Shown: positions 20,119 through 30,884, numbered from the stretch's first letter. The stretch is DNA of 64,000 nucleotides from an uncultured cyanobacterium (GCA_963793445.1 CAWCAE010000001.1:287321-351320); one strand, 5' to 3'. Notes: generated by a model not told the origin, from the letters alone. Numbers and translations: made by a program.

Positions 20119-21562
20119 AGCTGCCATGTAGGCCATAGGGCACATGGTGAGTGAGCTTTAATGTTGTTACTGGCCCTGTGGTGATGTCTTGAGCGTTGAA
20201 GAGGGTGAGTTCGGTGCGATCGCCCGCAGCGTTATAAATCCATAGCAGCACCCAGCCATCATCTTCCGCGCTAGCGCCTGGTCTAGGCACAAACAGCGGC
20301 TCACCGCCAAATCCTCTTGGTGCGGCGCTCCAAATCTGTTCTTCACCCGTTTTCATGTCTCTTTTAATCAGCGCCTGTAGCGGTGCATTTTTCACCGACC
20401 CATTCGTTGTACCCATATAGAGATATCGATGCGGTCTTCCGACGCACTGTGGATTTAGCGCTGGAAACTCACAAGGCCGCTCAACTATCTTTTCTACGCC
20501 CACCTCTTCGGTAGTTAGATTCACCGTAAAGCGCCAAAGCTGACTGGCAGGCACATGGTCAAAATCAACCGTGCTGTAGTCTTCTGATCCCTCAAGCGTT
20601 GGGAAGCTATCGTAACAAATCGAATCTAAAATGAGCCGATTGCCCTGTTCAAACGCGTTGGCATGATGAAAAACAAAGCAAGGATCGGTATCAAAGAAGC
20701 GAACGTCTCCTTGGCCATCGCGAGGAATTAGCACAATCTTCGTCGGCTGCTTTGGATTGAATTGAATGCACTCAGCTGCGCCCTTGAGGCCAACTAAAAA
20801 TGGAAAAGGATTGAAACTTACCGGATTCTGCACGAAGACGTAGTAGTTCGGCGTAATTGCAAAATCGTGCAGGAAGGCAAACCCTGGCACGCTCTGCTTG
20901 CTTTGACGTGCTAGCTTACCGTCAGGCGTAAACTCGTACAGGCTGATCGTGCTAGAAAGCCCTGCTTTGACGCCAAAATTCACCATGCGCGGTGTCCCTT
21001 CACAGTCTGGATCGAATTTTGGGTGGGCCGCAAAGGCATCGCCTTGACTAAGTAAGCCATCCAAGTAGTCAAGTCCCTCTGTCTCTAACGTATTAGGATT
21101 TAGGCGGTGCGGCTCGGCCGCTTCCCAAAGCGCTAGCAGTTTGTCACCCCAATGCACAATATGAGTATTGGCAATATTTTTTAGCTTTAGATCAAAGGCA
21201 TTCGCCAGCCAGCCACCGGGCTTTTGCGTACCAAACACCCCTCTATATTCGGGCTTACCGCTGGCTTGTTCGGCCACGTAGCCAGCCGTACGTACAAATT
21301 TGTTGCGATAAAACGCCTTTCCATCTTTAATCGCGACAGAATTGATCATGCCATCACCGTCAAACGGGTGCTTAAGACGGTAGCCGTTGATGTCGGTAAG
21401 GCCAGGGCCATTGCGAAATACAGTGCCGGTTAGCTCAGCTGGAATCTCACCTTCTATATCGTCTATCCAATAGGCAAATTCGTCTGGTTGAGAGCGGTAG
21501 CCGTTGGTCCAGTCTTCGCGGGTATAGCTAACTTGATCTTCGAAGCGATTGAGCGTTTGCAT
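20087..21562 (-). CDS. carotenoid cleavage oxygenase (apocarotenoid-15,15'-oxygenase-like)
   Basis: HPFDGDG, four Fe-ligand His (AAHPK, FLHDF, FHHAN, GLHG), CEFP. Confidence 0.92.
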   Translation of the reverse strand: MQTLNRFEDQVSYTREDWTNGYRSQPDEFAYWIDDIEGEIPAELTGTVFRNGPGLTDINGYRLKHPFDGDGMINSVAIKDGKAFYRNKFVRTAGYVAEQASGKPEYRGVFGTQKPGGWLANAFDLKLKNIANTHIVHWGDKLLALWEAAEPHRLNPNTLETEGLDYLDGLLSQGDAFAAHPKFDPDCEGTPRMVNFGVKAGLSSTISLYEFTPDGKLARQSKQSVPGFAFLHDFAITPNYYVFVQNPVSFNPFPFLVGLKGAAECIQFNPKQPTKIVLIPRDGQGDVRFFDTDPCFVFHHANAFEQGNRLILDSICYDSFPTLEGSEDYSTVDFDHVPASQLWRFTVNLTTEEVGVEKIVERPCEFPALNPQCVGRPHRYLYMGTTNGSVKNAPLQALIKRDMKTGEEQIWSAAPRGFGGEPLFVPRPGASAEDDGWVLLWIYNAAGDRTELTLFNAQDITTGPVTTLKLTHHVPYGLHGSFTPAYFGPTQ

Positions 21563-21596
21563 GAAGTCGTTTGAGGTAGAAACTAAAAGATAAAAA

Positions 21597-22994
21597 CTAA
21601 AGCGTGACGTCTAGTCGGACGGCTGCGTCATCAGTGACTTCTGGCGTTGCCAATGTGAAATCACTTTCAACTGATTGAGACGCCGAGGCTGCTGGCAAAA
21701 GGCTAAGCAGCGGCAGTGGTAATAGCGTGGTCAAGTTTGTGATGAGTACCAGCAGCCAGAGGTTGGTAAAGTCTGTCTCAGTAACACCTAGCTGATGGGT
21801 CAGCAGCGCGCCTAGCTCATGCGAAAGCAGGCCCGATAGATTGACCACAGACATTAGCAGTGCAAACAGCGTCGCTTCTACGCCGGGTGGGCATAGCCGC
21901 GCTGACAGCACTAGCACAGGCATAAAGGCAATTTGGCCCGCCACGGTTAATACCAAACTGTCACCTAGACTAAACCACTGATCATCAATGCCAAGGCTGC
22001 GGTTGAGATGGGTGACTAAAATCAATGTCGTCATCCCTAGGACGGCAGAAATGACCGTTGACCAGGCAAAGATTCTACGAAAGGAGACCTCTTTTAGAAA
22101 GCGCTGAAATATCCAGATTCCTACTAGGGCCGCAAAGTTGGTTACTAGCCTGACGCGCCCCAAAAACTCAGGCTCAAAGCCAAGCTCGTTAGTAGAGAAG
22201 AAGAAAAAAGCGGAGTCTGCGGTGGGGGTAGCCTGCCATAGGAAGAGGAAAAGCGCGGGCATCCAAATGACTCGCTGGGAGACGGCGCTTTTAAGCGATC
22301 GCACCTGCTGAGTTACTAAATTCCAGTTCGACTTTTCTGTTACTGGATTTTCGGCAATTAGCCAGGCTACTCCGCAGACAATCAGCGGAAAGGTGGCAGT
22401 GATGCCAAAAATGACGCGGGCGCTAGTGTGCTCTAATAGCAGCCCGCCTATGTATGCCGTGATTAGTCCCCCAACTGCTGAGGCTCCCCAGGCTAAAGAT
22501 TGCAGGGTGCCAGCGCTGCCTTGGCCTTCTTTTCGCGCCCGCTCTACTACCAAAGAATCTACGATCACATCGGAGATGGCAACAGAAAGTGAGGAGAGAA
22601 GAATAGCCGCTGTGGCAGCAAGGGCAGTGTTGACGATTGTGGCCATAGAGAGCCATGCGATCGCCCCCAAAATTCCAGAAATAATTAGATAGGGCCGCCT
22701 GCGGTAGCGAAAAATGGGCAGTCCGTCAGACAAAAAGCCAAACACCGGCTTGATCGTCCAGGGCAGCGCCGCAATACCCATTAGCGCCGACACTTCAGCC
22801 GGTGAAAGGGCGATATCGTCTTTAAGAAAGAAACTCACCGCCAATCGAGCTAGGCCCAAAATCCCCTGAACGAAATAAACCGTCAGGATAGCGGTGAGCT
22901 CTAGCGTCAGCGGCTGACCAAGCAGTATTCGCTTTTCAATCAAGCCCTTTGCTCGTTGAGAAAGCGAAAGCTCGGCAGGTGGAGAGGCTGTCAT
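21597..22994 (-). CDS. folate/biopterin MFS transporter (BT1 family)
   Basis: YFVQGILGLARLAVSFFLKD, PWTIKPVFGFLSD..YRRRPY, ARLCPPGVEATLFALLMS. Confidence 0.92.
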   Translation of the reverse strand: MTASPPAELSLSQRAKGLIEKRILLGQPLTLELTAILTVYFVQGILGLARLAVSFFLKDDIALSPAEVSALMGIAALPWTIKPVFGFLSDGLPIFRYRRRPYLIISGILGAIAWLSMATIVNTALAATAAILLSSLSVAISDVIVDSLVVERARKEGQGSAGTLQSLAWGASAVGGLITAYIGGLLLEHTSARVIFGITATFPLIVCGVAWLIAENPVTEKSNWNLVTQQVRSLKSAVSQRVIWMPALFLFLWQATPTADSAFFFFSTNELGFEPEFLGRVRLVTNFAALVGIWIFQRFLKEVSFRRIFAWSTVISAVLGMTTLILVTHLNRSLGIDDQWFSLGDSLVLTVAGQIAFMPVLVLSARLCPPGVEATLFALLMSVVNLSGLLSHELGALLTHQLGVTETDFTNLWLLVLITNLTTLLPLPLLSLLPAASASQSVESDFTLATPEVTDDAAVRLDVTL

Positions 22995-23084
22995 ATGAAG
23001 CTGGTATGTAACAAAGCTGTAATAGCTTCACTTATGATAGCGATGTTCTCAGCTTTGTTAAGAAAAGTATCTTGGTCAATGCTA

Positions 23085-24890
23085 TTACTGCGCAGGTGTC
23101 TCTTCTGGCTTCACGTCAAAATATTGCTCTAGCACCTGCTTTACCATCGGCGCGGCAAACGAACCGCCGCCGCCGCCAGAGTGCTCACCAAACGCGACCA
23201 CGACAATCTCTGGACTATCGTACGGGCCATAGGCACCGAACCACGTATGGTTTTCTCTGGGGGGCGCTTCTGCTGTTCCGCTTTTCCCAGCTAGTGGTGG
23301 CATCCTGGGATCGTTTACTGCCCCACCAGTACCTGCAACCACAACTTGTCGCAACCCTTCTTGCAATACCTTTACTGTGCTCGGTGCCATTTCTAGTGAT
23401 GTTCTCCACGTCTTAGGATCTTCGCCTTCAGTCACAACAAAATGAGGGGTAACGCGATCGCCCCCGTTGGCGACGACCGCAAACATCACCGCAACTTGCA
23501 GCGGCGTTGCTAGCACGTTGCCCTGACCGATGGAGGCATTAATCGTATCGCCCAGGTACCAGGGCTCACCGAGAACCTCCCTTTTCCACTGCTCATCTGG
23601 TACTAAGCCCGCATCTTCTTCAAATCCCAGCTCAATGCCCGTCTTCTGACCTAAGCCATAGTTGTGCATCCATTCTTGCATAGTCTTTTCGCCGACGCTG
23701 CGTCCGACCTGGTAGAAAAACGTATCACTACTCCAGGCCAGCGCGCCTCGAAATCCTAAAGGTCCAAACCCAGCGTTGTTCCAGTCCCAAAATTTAATGC
23801 CACCTATGTTCAAGAAAGCATAGGTCGGTAAAACCACTTCTGGCGAAAATTTGCCCGACTCCATGCCAGCCGTGGCGGTAACGATCTTAAATGTGCTTGC
23901 AGGTGAGTAGGCCCGCATCGTTCTGTTTACCAGTGGATAGCCATTTTTGGTAATCTGCTCCCACTGTGCTTGCGTGATACGAGTTGAAAAAATGTTGGGA
24001 TCGAATGTGGGCCGACTGACCATTGCTCGCACTGCGCCATCGCGTGGATCGATCGCGACGATTGCACCTATACGGTTGCCTAGGGCCGCTTCTGCCGCTT
24101 TTTGTAGCTCCAAATCCAGGGTTATCTGAACATCTCGCCCAGAGATAGATGGCTTTTCGCCGATGACACTCAGCACGTTGCCGCTGCTATCTACTTCTAC
24201 CTGCTGACCGCCCCACTGACCGCGCAATGTTGGTTCTAGAGCCATCTCTAGCCCCATCTTGCCGATGACATCGCCTAGCCGGTAATCTTGATCTTCTAGT
24301 TCTGCTAGCTCTGCGTCATTAAGCTCGCCAGTATAGCCCAGGACATGAGCAGCCAAGTCGCCACGAGGATAGTTGCGAACGGCCTCAGCTTCTACGCGTA
24401 CGCCTGGCAGTTCAAATGCATATTCAGCAAGTGCCGTTGTTTGCGCGGAGCTTACGCCTCGTGAAATCGGCACTGATTTATTCAGGTTATAGCGGCTCTG
24501 CTCTAGGCGCTGATTAATCTCTTCTACGGGCACATCTAATATTTGTGCCAAACGCTCAATCACGCGCACTCTGTCTGCCTCTTCTTTTGGCAGCGCAATC
24601 GGCCAGATAGAAACCGAATGAGACAGTCTAGAACCGACTAGAACTTCACCATTGCGGTCTAGAATTGTGCCCCTAGCAGGTCGTCTAGGCAGCAGCAAAA
24701 TCCGATTGTCTTCTGCCAGTTCGCGATTACGCTCGCCCTGTACTAGCTGCAAGTACGCTAGACGGCTGCCAATACCGCCTAGCATTACCAGGCTCAACAG
24801 CAGCATGATAAAAATAGACTGATATTGACGGCCAACAGTGCGGCCTCCTTTTTTTTCGCTAAAGCTAGATGAGCGCTTAGAAAAGGCCAT
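23085..24890 (-). CDS. mrdA: penicillin-binding protein 2 (class B)
   Basis: N-terminal TM, RGTILDRNG, ASTFK, SSDTFFY, GKSGTAE. Confidence 0.92.
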   Translation of the reverse strand: MAFSKRSSSFSEKKGGRTVGRQYQSIFIMLLLSLVMLGGIGSRLAYLQLVQGERNRELAEDNRILLLPRRPARGTILDRNGEVLVGSRLSHSVSIWPIALPKEEADRVRVIERLAQILDVPVEEINQRLEQSRYNLNKSVPISRGVSSAQTTALAEYAFELPGVRVEAEAVRNYPRGDLAAHVLGYTGELNDAELAELEDQDYRLGDVIGKMGLEMALEPTLRGQWGGQQVEVDSSGNVLSVIGEKPSISGRDVQITLDLELQKAAEAALGNRIGAIVAIDPRDGAVRAMVSRPTFDPNIFSTRITQAQWEQITKNGYPLVNRTMRAYSPASTFKIVTATAGMESGKFSPEVVLPTYAFLNIGGIKFWDWNNAGFGPLGFRGALAWSSDTFFYQVGRSVGEKTMQEWMHNYGLGQKTGIELGFEEDAGLVPDEQWKREVLGEPWYLGDTINASIGQGNVLATPLQVAVMFAVVANGGDRVTPHFVVTEGEDPKTWRTSLEMAPSTVKVLQEGLRQVVVAGTGGAVNDPRMPPLAGKSGTAEAPPRENHTWFGAYGPYDSPEIVVVAFGEHSGGGGGSFAAPMVKQVLEQYFDVKPEETPAQ

Positions 24891-24949
24891 TTCAAGTGAA
24901 GTCTGTACGCAGAGATATTTAAGTCTAGCGCCGTTAGTAGTAGATGCGG

Positions 24950-27511
24950 TTAGTTATCTAGCACGCTAGGTCGTGGCGGTGCGGGCGCGGGCGCAGGCGC
25001 GGGCGCAGGTGCGGGCGGTGCGGCAGGCGGTGGTGGCGCGGCAGGCGGTGGTGGTGGCACAGGTGCGACGGGCGGCGGTGGCGGCGGTGCAGGTGCAGGT
25101 GCAGGTGGCGCTGGCGCAGGTGCGGGTGCGGGCGCGGGGGATGACGAACTACCCCTATAGCTAGGAGCTGGCTCACTTACAGCCGTTGGCGTTGGTTCAC
25201 TTTCTTCCCGGCTATAGTTGGTGCTAGTTTCAGGGTCAGATTCAGGTGCTCTATTGGCACGTCGTCTCGATTCATCCGCGTTTTCTTGACGCTCTCCAGG
25301 TTGGTCCGCAATCACTCGGCCCGGACGTACTGGCTTAGCCTGTAGAGAGCCATCGCGTCCACCTAGTCTAGGCAGCTCTGGAAATTCTTCAACCGGCATA
25401 TCATCTACAAACTGATCCACGAACTTGTACCAGGCTAGGGCGGCGGTACGGCTAGCGCCGCCGGTCGGGCTGCTGTCGTCATTTCCCATCCAGACGCCGG
25501 TTACCAACTGAGGCGTGTAGCCTACGAACCAAAGGTCCCTGTTTTTCTCAGACGTCCCAGTTTTTCCCGCCACTTGTCGGCCTGAAATGGCTGCGTTGCT
25601 GCCAGTCCCGCCGTTAACAACACCCCTTAACATCCAGGTAATGATAGCTGCCGTATCTTTGTCTATTGCCTGCTTCGGCTGCTCTTCAAACTCATATATC
25701 ACGTCGCCCTGGCCGTTTGTAATACGCGTGATGCCGTGAGGTGGGATGTGACGACCTTCCGCTGCAAAGGTGCCGTAGGCGCTGGTTAGCTCTAGCAAGT
25801 TAACTTCAGAAGATCCCAGAGCCAGTGAATAGGCAGGAATGAGATCTGAGTTGATACCTGCTCGGTGCGCCAGTGCAATCACCGGATCGAAGCCGATATC
25901 TACTAAGAGCTTTACAGCCACAATATTAATTGAGCTGGTGAGGGCTCGCCGCAGATCGACTGCGCCGCTATAGCTGCCGCCGTAGTTTTTGGGTTCATAG
26001 CCGTCTACTACATAACGGGCATCGGTATAGCTTTTATAGGGCGATATGCCAGTAGCGATCGCCGTTGCATATACAAACGCCTTGAACGTTGAGCCTGGCT
26101 GCCTTTGCGCCTGAGTTACCCGGTTGAACTGACTGTCATCAAAGTCAGTACCGCCAACCATGGCCCTAATTTCACCCGTTCTCGGATCGAGCGCCACTAG
26201 CGACGCCTGCTCGAAGCGCTGCCACTGACCGTATTCGTCAATAATCTCTGCAACGGTTTTCTCGGCTGCCGCTTGCCACACCGTGTTTAAAGACGTTTCA
26301 ACAACCAGTCCACCTGCATCTAATTCCTCTGGCGACAGAATCTGCTCCAGCTGCTTTTTGATATAGATGGTGAAGTAGGGAAACTGACTATATAGATACT
26401 TAGGCTCTTGGGTCTCTAGTGAAAAATCGGCCTGATAAGCTTCGCTTGCCTGAGCTGCGGTAATTACACCGTTGGCTTCCATGCGGCTAATAACTTTGTC
26501 ACGCTGCACTCTAGCTGCAGTTGAATCAACTGAATATATGCCTGGTGCCGGTGCCATCCCAGCGATCAGTGCGACTTCCGCCACTGTTAGCTCATCGATC
26601 GTCTTGCCAAAATAAATCCAGGCGGCGTCGGCTACACCGTATGCCCCCGCTCCCAAATAAACCAGATTGAGATAGCGCTCTAAAACCTTGTCTTTCCCCA
26701 GTTCTTCTTCTAGCCGTCGCGCCAAAATAGCTTCTCTAAACTTGCGCTGAAAGCTTTGGTCTTGGTTAAGAAAAGTGATTCTCGCTAGCTGCTGGGTAAT
26801 TGTGCTGGCACCTTCTACCACCTCGCCGCTGGTCACGTTGGCTACAGTGGCGCGAGCAATCGATCGGTAGTCTACGCCGTTGTGTTCGCGAAATCGCCGA
26901 TCTTCTGCGGAGATAAAGGCCTCTATGACGACCTGAGGAATCTCGTCGTAGCTCAGCCGCTCTTGGGCCGTCGGCCCCACTTTCTGAAGAACTTTTCCAT
27001 CTGAGGCTTTGAGTGTAATAGTTCCACTACGCTCATAGGTCAGCGCCTCTGTGACATCAGGAACGTTTGCCTGTAAGTTGTTCCATAGCAGATACAGCCG
27101 AGCGCCAGGACCCGCGATTCCAGCAGCAATTAGCAGCAGCAGCCAAAAGCGAACACGTTTATAGGGCGGCTTGTGACGCAAAAAACGAGCAGTTGGCTGG
27201 GTTGTTACCCTAGCGCTAGATGGCCCTGTGCCAGGCGAATCTATGTTAGATGGACGGGTGCTAGATGGGCTGTCACTCGGCGTACTGTCTGACGTTGACT
27301 TTAGCGATTGCTCTGATAACCGCTTTGAAGAGCGCGTCACCGATGCTCCACCTGGCTGCCCGCCCGTGCGAATAGTTCGCCTCTGGCGCTGCCGCGCCTC
27401 AGCAGATCTTTGGCTGCCAGCCGAAAGTTTCTCAGACCAGTGCTTTAGCTGTGAAAAGAGGTTGGCCACGTCGATAGATTCTCCAAGCGGCCTCACCGCC
27501 ACCAGTAACAA
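24950..27511 (-). CDS. class A penicillin-binding protein (PBP1A family) with Pro-rich C-tail
   Basis: Transglycosylase EDRRF..H.GVD and GASTITQQLAR; transpeptidase GSTFK, SIN, KTGT. Confidence 0.93.
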   Translation of the reverse strand: MLLVAVRPLGESIDVANLFSQLKHWSEKLSAGSQRSAEARQRQRRTIRTGGQPGGASVTRSSKRLSEQSLKSTSDSTPSDSPSSTRPSNIDSPGTGPSSARVTTQPTARFLRHKPPYKRVRFWLLLLIAAGIAGPGARLYLLWNNLQANVPDVTEALTYERSGTITLKASDGKVLQKVGPTAQERLSYDEIPQVVIEAFISAEDRRFREHNGVDYRSIARATVANVTSGEVVEGASTITQQLARITFLNQDQSFQRKFREAILARRLEEELGKDKVLERYLNLVYLGAGAYGVADAAWIYFGKTIDELTVAEVALIAGMAPAPGIYSVDSTAARVQRDKVISRMEANGVITAAQASEAYQADFSLETQEPKYLYSQFPYFTIYIKKQLEQILSPEELDAGGLVVETSLNTVWQAAAEKTVAEIIDEYGQWQRFEQASLVALDPRTGEIRAMVGGTDFDDSQFNRVTQAQRQPGSTFKAFVYATAIATGISPYKSYTDARYVVDGYEPKNYGGSYSGAVDLRRALTSSINIVAVKLLVDIGFDPVIALAHRAGINSDLIPAYSLALGSSEVNLLELTSAYGTFAAEGRHIPPHGITRITNGQGDVIYEFEEQPKQAIDKDTAAIITWMLRGVVNGGTGSNAAISGRQVAGKTGTSEKNRDLWFVGYTPQLVTGVWMGNDDSSPTGGASRTAALAWYKFVDQFVDDMPVEEFPELPRLGGRDGSLQAKPVRPGRVIADQPGERQENADESRRRANRAPESDPETSTNYSREESEPTPTAVSEPAPSYRGSSSSPAPAPAPAPAPPAPAPAPPPPPPVAPVPPPPPAAPPPPAAPPAPAPAPAPAPAPPRPSVLDN
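24973..25137 (-). repeat. GC-rich low-complexity (Pro-Ala)n/poly-Pro coding tract
   Basis: Encodes PAPAPAPAPPAPAPAPPPPPPVAPVPPPPPAAPPPP... Confidence 0.85.
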
Positions 27512-27584
27512 AGTTTACGTTTTGTTGATGCCCGCAGTTTTGAATAGCAGTTTTGAGTAGATAAATGCTACCACGCTCATTCAG

Positions 27585-28586
27585 CTAGCTCACTAAGTCG
27601 CTATGACCCAAAGCAACGGCCATAACCAACATGCCTAGCACTAAGAAGGGCTGAGCGCTGGCCTGGTATTTCACGTCATTCTCGAGCGGGTTACGCAAGA
27701 AATACATGTCTTGAAAGGTGATTTGCGGAATGATTAGTAAGATAAGTAGGACTGCATAGAGATTTTTGTGAATGGCAATGAGGTAGGCGGCCATGCCGCC
27801 TTGAAATAGATCAATCATGAGCACGCAAATCCAGGCGGCGGTCTGCACTCCAAACATAACCGGTAAAGACTTCAATCCTAGCTGGCGATCGCCTTCTACT
27901 GCCTTAAAGTCATTGACTACCGCAATGCCTAGTCCAGCCATGCTGTAGATCAGCGTCAGCACAATAATTGTAGGATTGAGTTCGCCAAACAGCGCGTGGC
28001 CTGCCCACCAAGGTAAGGCAATATAGCTAGCACCCAAGGCATAGTTGCCGAGCCAGCCATTTTGCTTTAGCTTTAGAGGCGGCGCAGAATAGATATAAGA
28101 GACAAAAGACCCCCCGACTGCCAAGGCAAATATCGTCGGAAATTCGTGCTCGGCCCACACGTCTAGTCCGTAGGCAACGGCTAGGCCACCTAAGAGCAGC
28201 ACCCAGATTTGCACCTGAACTTGCCCTAGCGAAATTGCCCCAGAAGGAATTGGGCGATTGGGCTCGTTGATCGCATCTAGCTCGCGGTCGTAGTAGTCGT
28301 TGATGGTTTGGGTGTAGCCGGTTAGCAGCGGCCCAGACATGAGCATGCAGGCGGCTGAGATTAAGACGTTCTCAACGCTCCAGACAAATTTTCCAGAAGA
28401 TGCCGCACCGCAGACGACGCCCCAAATTAGGGGTATCCAAGTAATGGCCTTCATCAGCTGAAGCCGAATTTTCCAAATAGAAGTCTCGCCTGCCTCAGCG
28501 CCTTTCATCCCGAGCATTTGACGGGCTTTGCTGCTGGCTTTCGAAGCGTCTTCTAGGGGCATCTGTGATTGCGTATCTTCGGACAT
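27585..28586 (-). CDS. chlG: chlorophyll synthase
   Basis: ARQMLGMKGA, TQTINDYYDRELDAINEPNRPIPSG, VNDFKAVEGDR, YQASAQPF. Confidence 0.97.
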   Translation of the reverse strand: MSEDTQSQMPLEDASKASSKARQMLGMKGAEAGETSIWKIRLQLMKAITWIPLIWGVVCGAASSGKFVWSVENVLISAACMLMSGPLLTGYTQTINDYYDRELDAINEPNRPIPSGAISLGQVQVQIWVLLLGGLAVAYGLDVWAEHEFPTIFALAVGGSFVSYIYSAPPLKLKQNGWLGNYALGASYIALPWWAGHALFGELNPTIIVLTLIYSMAGLGIAVVNDFKAVEGDRQLGLKSLPVMFGVQTAAWICVLMIDLFQGGMAAYLIAIHKNLYAVLLILLIIPQITFQDMYFLRNPLENDVKYQASAQPFLVLGMLVMAVALGHSDLVS

Positions 28587-28592
28587 TGCCTA

Positions 28593-29753
28593 CTAACCAA
28601 ATGAAATAATCAAGTAGCCCGACTGAAATTTGGCTCCAGTCACTGTGCGACCATTGAGCGCCGCCGGTAAAGAAACATTATGGCGCTGATCGCCCGCTTC
28701 GACAGTGACTTCTGGTCCGTATTGGGTGAGTTTTACCTGAGTTTTGTCAAATCCAGGTAGAAATAGCTTGACAGTACTAGCTGCTACCTCAACGCTCATT
28801 GGATTCGGCACGGTGACGGGTTCGTCTAATGCTGGCAAAGCCTCGACTAGCGGCTGCCAGCGATCGCGCTGGGCATCGCCTTCGTTGCAGTGAGGCAACG
28901 CCGTCACCGGAATGGGTTCAAAAGCTTTGGTTGCCGAACTTGTCTCTATCGACGTACCAGGCTGCCCACCATTTACAAATGCACCCGCAACGGTTAGACC
29001 AATCTGCTGAGCGGCGCTCCAGAGATAGCGACCCGTGGCGATCGCGATATCGTCATTACTGGTGACGATATAGGCCCTTAGCTGCATAGGGTCACGCACT
29101 AGCGCTTTTCCCTTAGCCACCATCCCTTCTACGCTCTGGGTTTCTGGCTGATTCCAAATATCGCCCGAAAACCCACTGCTTAAAATTGCCCCAGTTACTG
29201 GGGCAATAAACGGTGAAATAGATCGGTAAAACTGAGACGTTTGAAAGACCTGCTTAAAACGACGAAAATACCAGTCCATTCCGCCAATGGCTCCCCACAT
29301 CCGCAGGCTTGCCTGATTGCCAGGACCGTCGTGCACAATCACGTCATACTGGTTGCTTTCGGTATACTCACGGATAGCATTGAGCGCCAAAAAATCATCC
29401 ATTCCTGGAATCACGCTTAGCTCTTGCCCAAATACCGCCTTAAAAAAGGGATCGCGTAGGTACTGGGCTTCAAAATTTTTGAGTTTTTCCCAGTTTGCTT
29501 CTAAAAGCTGGGTGGTTTGCAGCTGCACGGCTTGAAACTCGCCAGCTAGCCCCGACTGAGTGCCGCTAATGGTGAGCGGACCCGTTGAGCTAGTGCCAAT
29601 ATCCGCGCCTAGCAGCAGCGACGGCGCTGGGCCTGCCTCTTGAGAAATCAGCAGAACTCGTTTGCCTTGCTGGGTCAGTTTTTGAGCGGCGGCGATCGCA
29701 ACAGTAGAGCGACCCGTCCCTCCCTTGCCTAAAAATGTAAGAATCAGCGTCAT
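28593..29753 (-). CDS. ArsA/Get3-family ATPase with C-terminal alpha-crystallin-like domain (Get3d type)
   Basis: TFLGKGGTGRS P-loop, PGMDDFLAL, C-terminal LFLPGFDKTQVKLTQYGPEVTVEAGDQRHN. Confidence 0.88.
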   Translation of the reverse strand: MTLILTFLGKGGTGRSTVAIAAAQKLTQQGKRVLLISQEAGPAPSLLLGADIGTSSTGPLTISGTQSGLAGEFQAVQLQTTQLLEANWEKLKNFEAQYLRDPFFKAVFGQELSVIPGMDDFLALNAIREYTESNQYDVIVHDGPGNQASLRMWGAIGGMDWYFRRFKQVFQTSQFYRSISPFIAPVTGAILSSGFSGDIWNQPETQSVEGMVAKGKALVRDPMQLRAYIVTSNDDIAIATGRYLWSAAQQIGLTVAGAFVNGGQPGTSIETSSATKAFEPIPVTALPHCNEGDAQRDRWQPLVEALPALDEPVTVPNPMSVEVAASTVKLFLPGFDKTQVKLTQYGPEVTVEAGDQRHNVSLPAALNGRTVTGAKFQSGYLIISFG

Positions 29754-29798
29754 CTGGATTGTAGGTTGATATGCAAAAAAGTTGGTTCGACGCTAGGT

Positions 29799-30002
29799 TT
29801 ACTCAACCGGGCGCAGCTCATCTTCAAAAAACCAAGTTGTAAAATCGTCCGACTCAAAGCTCACTAGAGCCCCGATATTCTGCCCGTCGAGCACCTTAAA
29901 GTCTTTGACGATAGCGGTTTGACCCAGGCGCGTCGCCAAATCCTTTGCGACGCGATCGCGCATCCGACGAACCTGAACCCGCTGCCCAATTTCTAAATCC
30001 AT
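29799..30002 (-). CDS. petP: DUF2862 / cytochrome b6f-associated PetP
   Basis: EIGQRVQVRRMRDRV...TWFFEDEL; position upstream of Get3-like and chlG. Confidence 0.75.
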   Translation of the reverse strand: MDLEIGQRVQVRRMRDRVAKDLATRLGQTAIVKDFKVLDGQNIGALVSFESDDFTTWFFEDELRPVE

Positions 30003-30101
30003 GTCTAATAAACTGTATCCTTACGTAACTGCGTCAGACCAATAACCAGTCTATCAGCGACTCGGGCACCCCCGGAGAGTTTATTTAGAGAGTAACTGCT
30101 C

Positions 30102-30884
30102 ATGCTTGCCAAACGAATTTTGCCTTGTCTAGATGTCAAAGCTGGCCGCGTGGTCAAAGGCGTTAATTTTGTCGATCTTAAGGACGCGGGTGACCCGGTA
30201 GAGCTGGCCAAAATTTACAACGAGGCCGGTGCTGATGAACTCGTTTTCCTTGATATTACAGCTACTCACGAAGATCGCGATGTTATTTACGACGTGATTT
30301 ATCGTACTGCTGAGCAGGTGTTTATTCCGCTAACTGTAGGCGGTGGAATTAGCTCTTTGGAAACGATTAAAAAGCTGCTCAGGGCGGGCGCAGATAAGGT
30401 GAGTATTAATTCGGCGGCTGTGCGCGACCCTGACCTAATCAATAGCGCTAGCGATCGCTTTGGCAATCAGTGCATTGTGGTTGCCATTGATGCTCGTCGT
30501 CGCACAGCTACTACAGCGCCCGGTGATACTAACCCTGGCTGGGATGTATTTGTTCGCGGCGGACGTGAAAACACTGGCCTAGATGCGGTTGACTGGGCGC
30601 GCAATGTAGTCAACCGGGGCGCAGGGGAATTGCTAGTTACCAGTATGGACGCGGACGGCACACAGGCTGGCTACGATTTGACACTGACAGAAGCGATCGC
30701 TAGTCAAGTAGATGTTCCTGTCATCGCTTCTGGTGGGGCTGGTACCTGCGAACACATTTATCAGGCCCTGACAACGGGCAAAGCTGAAGCTGCCCTGCTG
30801 GCTTCACTGCTGCACTACGGTCAACTGAGCGTACATGAGATTAAGACATACTTGGCTGCTCAAAATTTAACCGTCCGTCAGTAG
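30102..30884 (+). CDS. hisF: imidazole glycerol phosphate synthase cyclase subunit
   Basis: [42 protein letters not shown]. Confidence 0.97.
   Translation: MLAKRILPCLDVKAGRVVKGVNFVDLKDAGDPVELAKIYNEAGADELVFLDITATHEDRDVIYDVIYRTAEQVFIPLTVGGGISSLETIKKLLRAGADKVSINSAAVRDPDLINSASDRFGNQCIVVAIDARRRTATTAPGDTNPGWDVFVRGGRENTGLDAVDWARNVVNRGAGELLVTSMDADGTQAGYDLTLTEAIASQVDVPVIASGGAGTCEHIYQALTTGKAEAALLASLLHYGQLSVHEIKTYLAAQNLTVRQ

Noticed and set aside
24958-25176. Plus-strand His/Arg-rich and Ala/Val-rich ORFs
   Set aside because: Antisense shadows of the PBP proline tail.
27585-28586. chlG as part of a far-red (FaRLiP) cluster
   Set aside because: No chlF, rfpABC or paralogous psa/psb/apc genes in the window.
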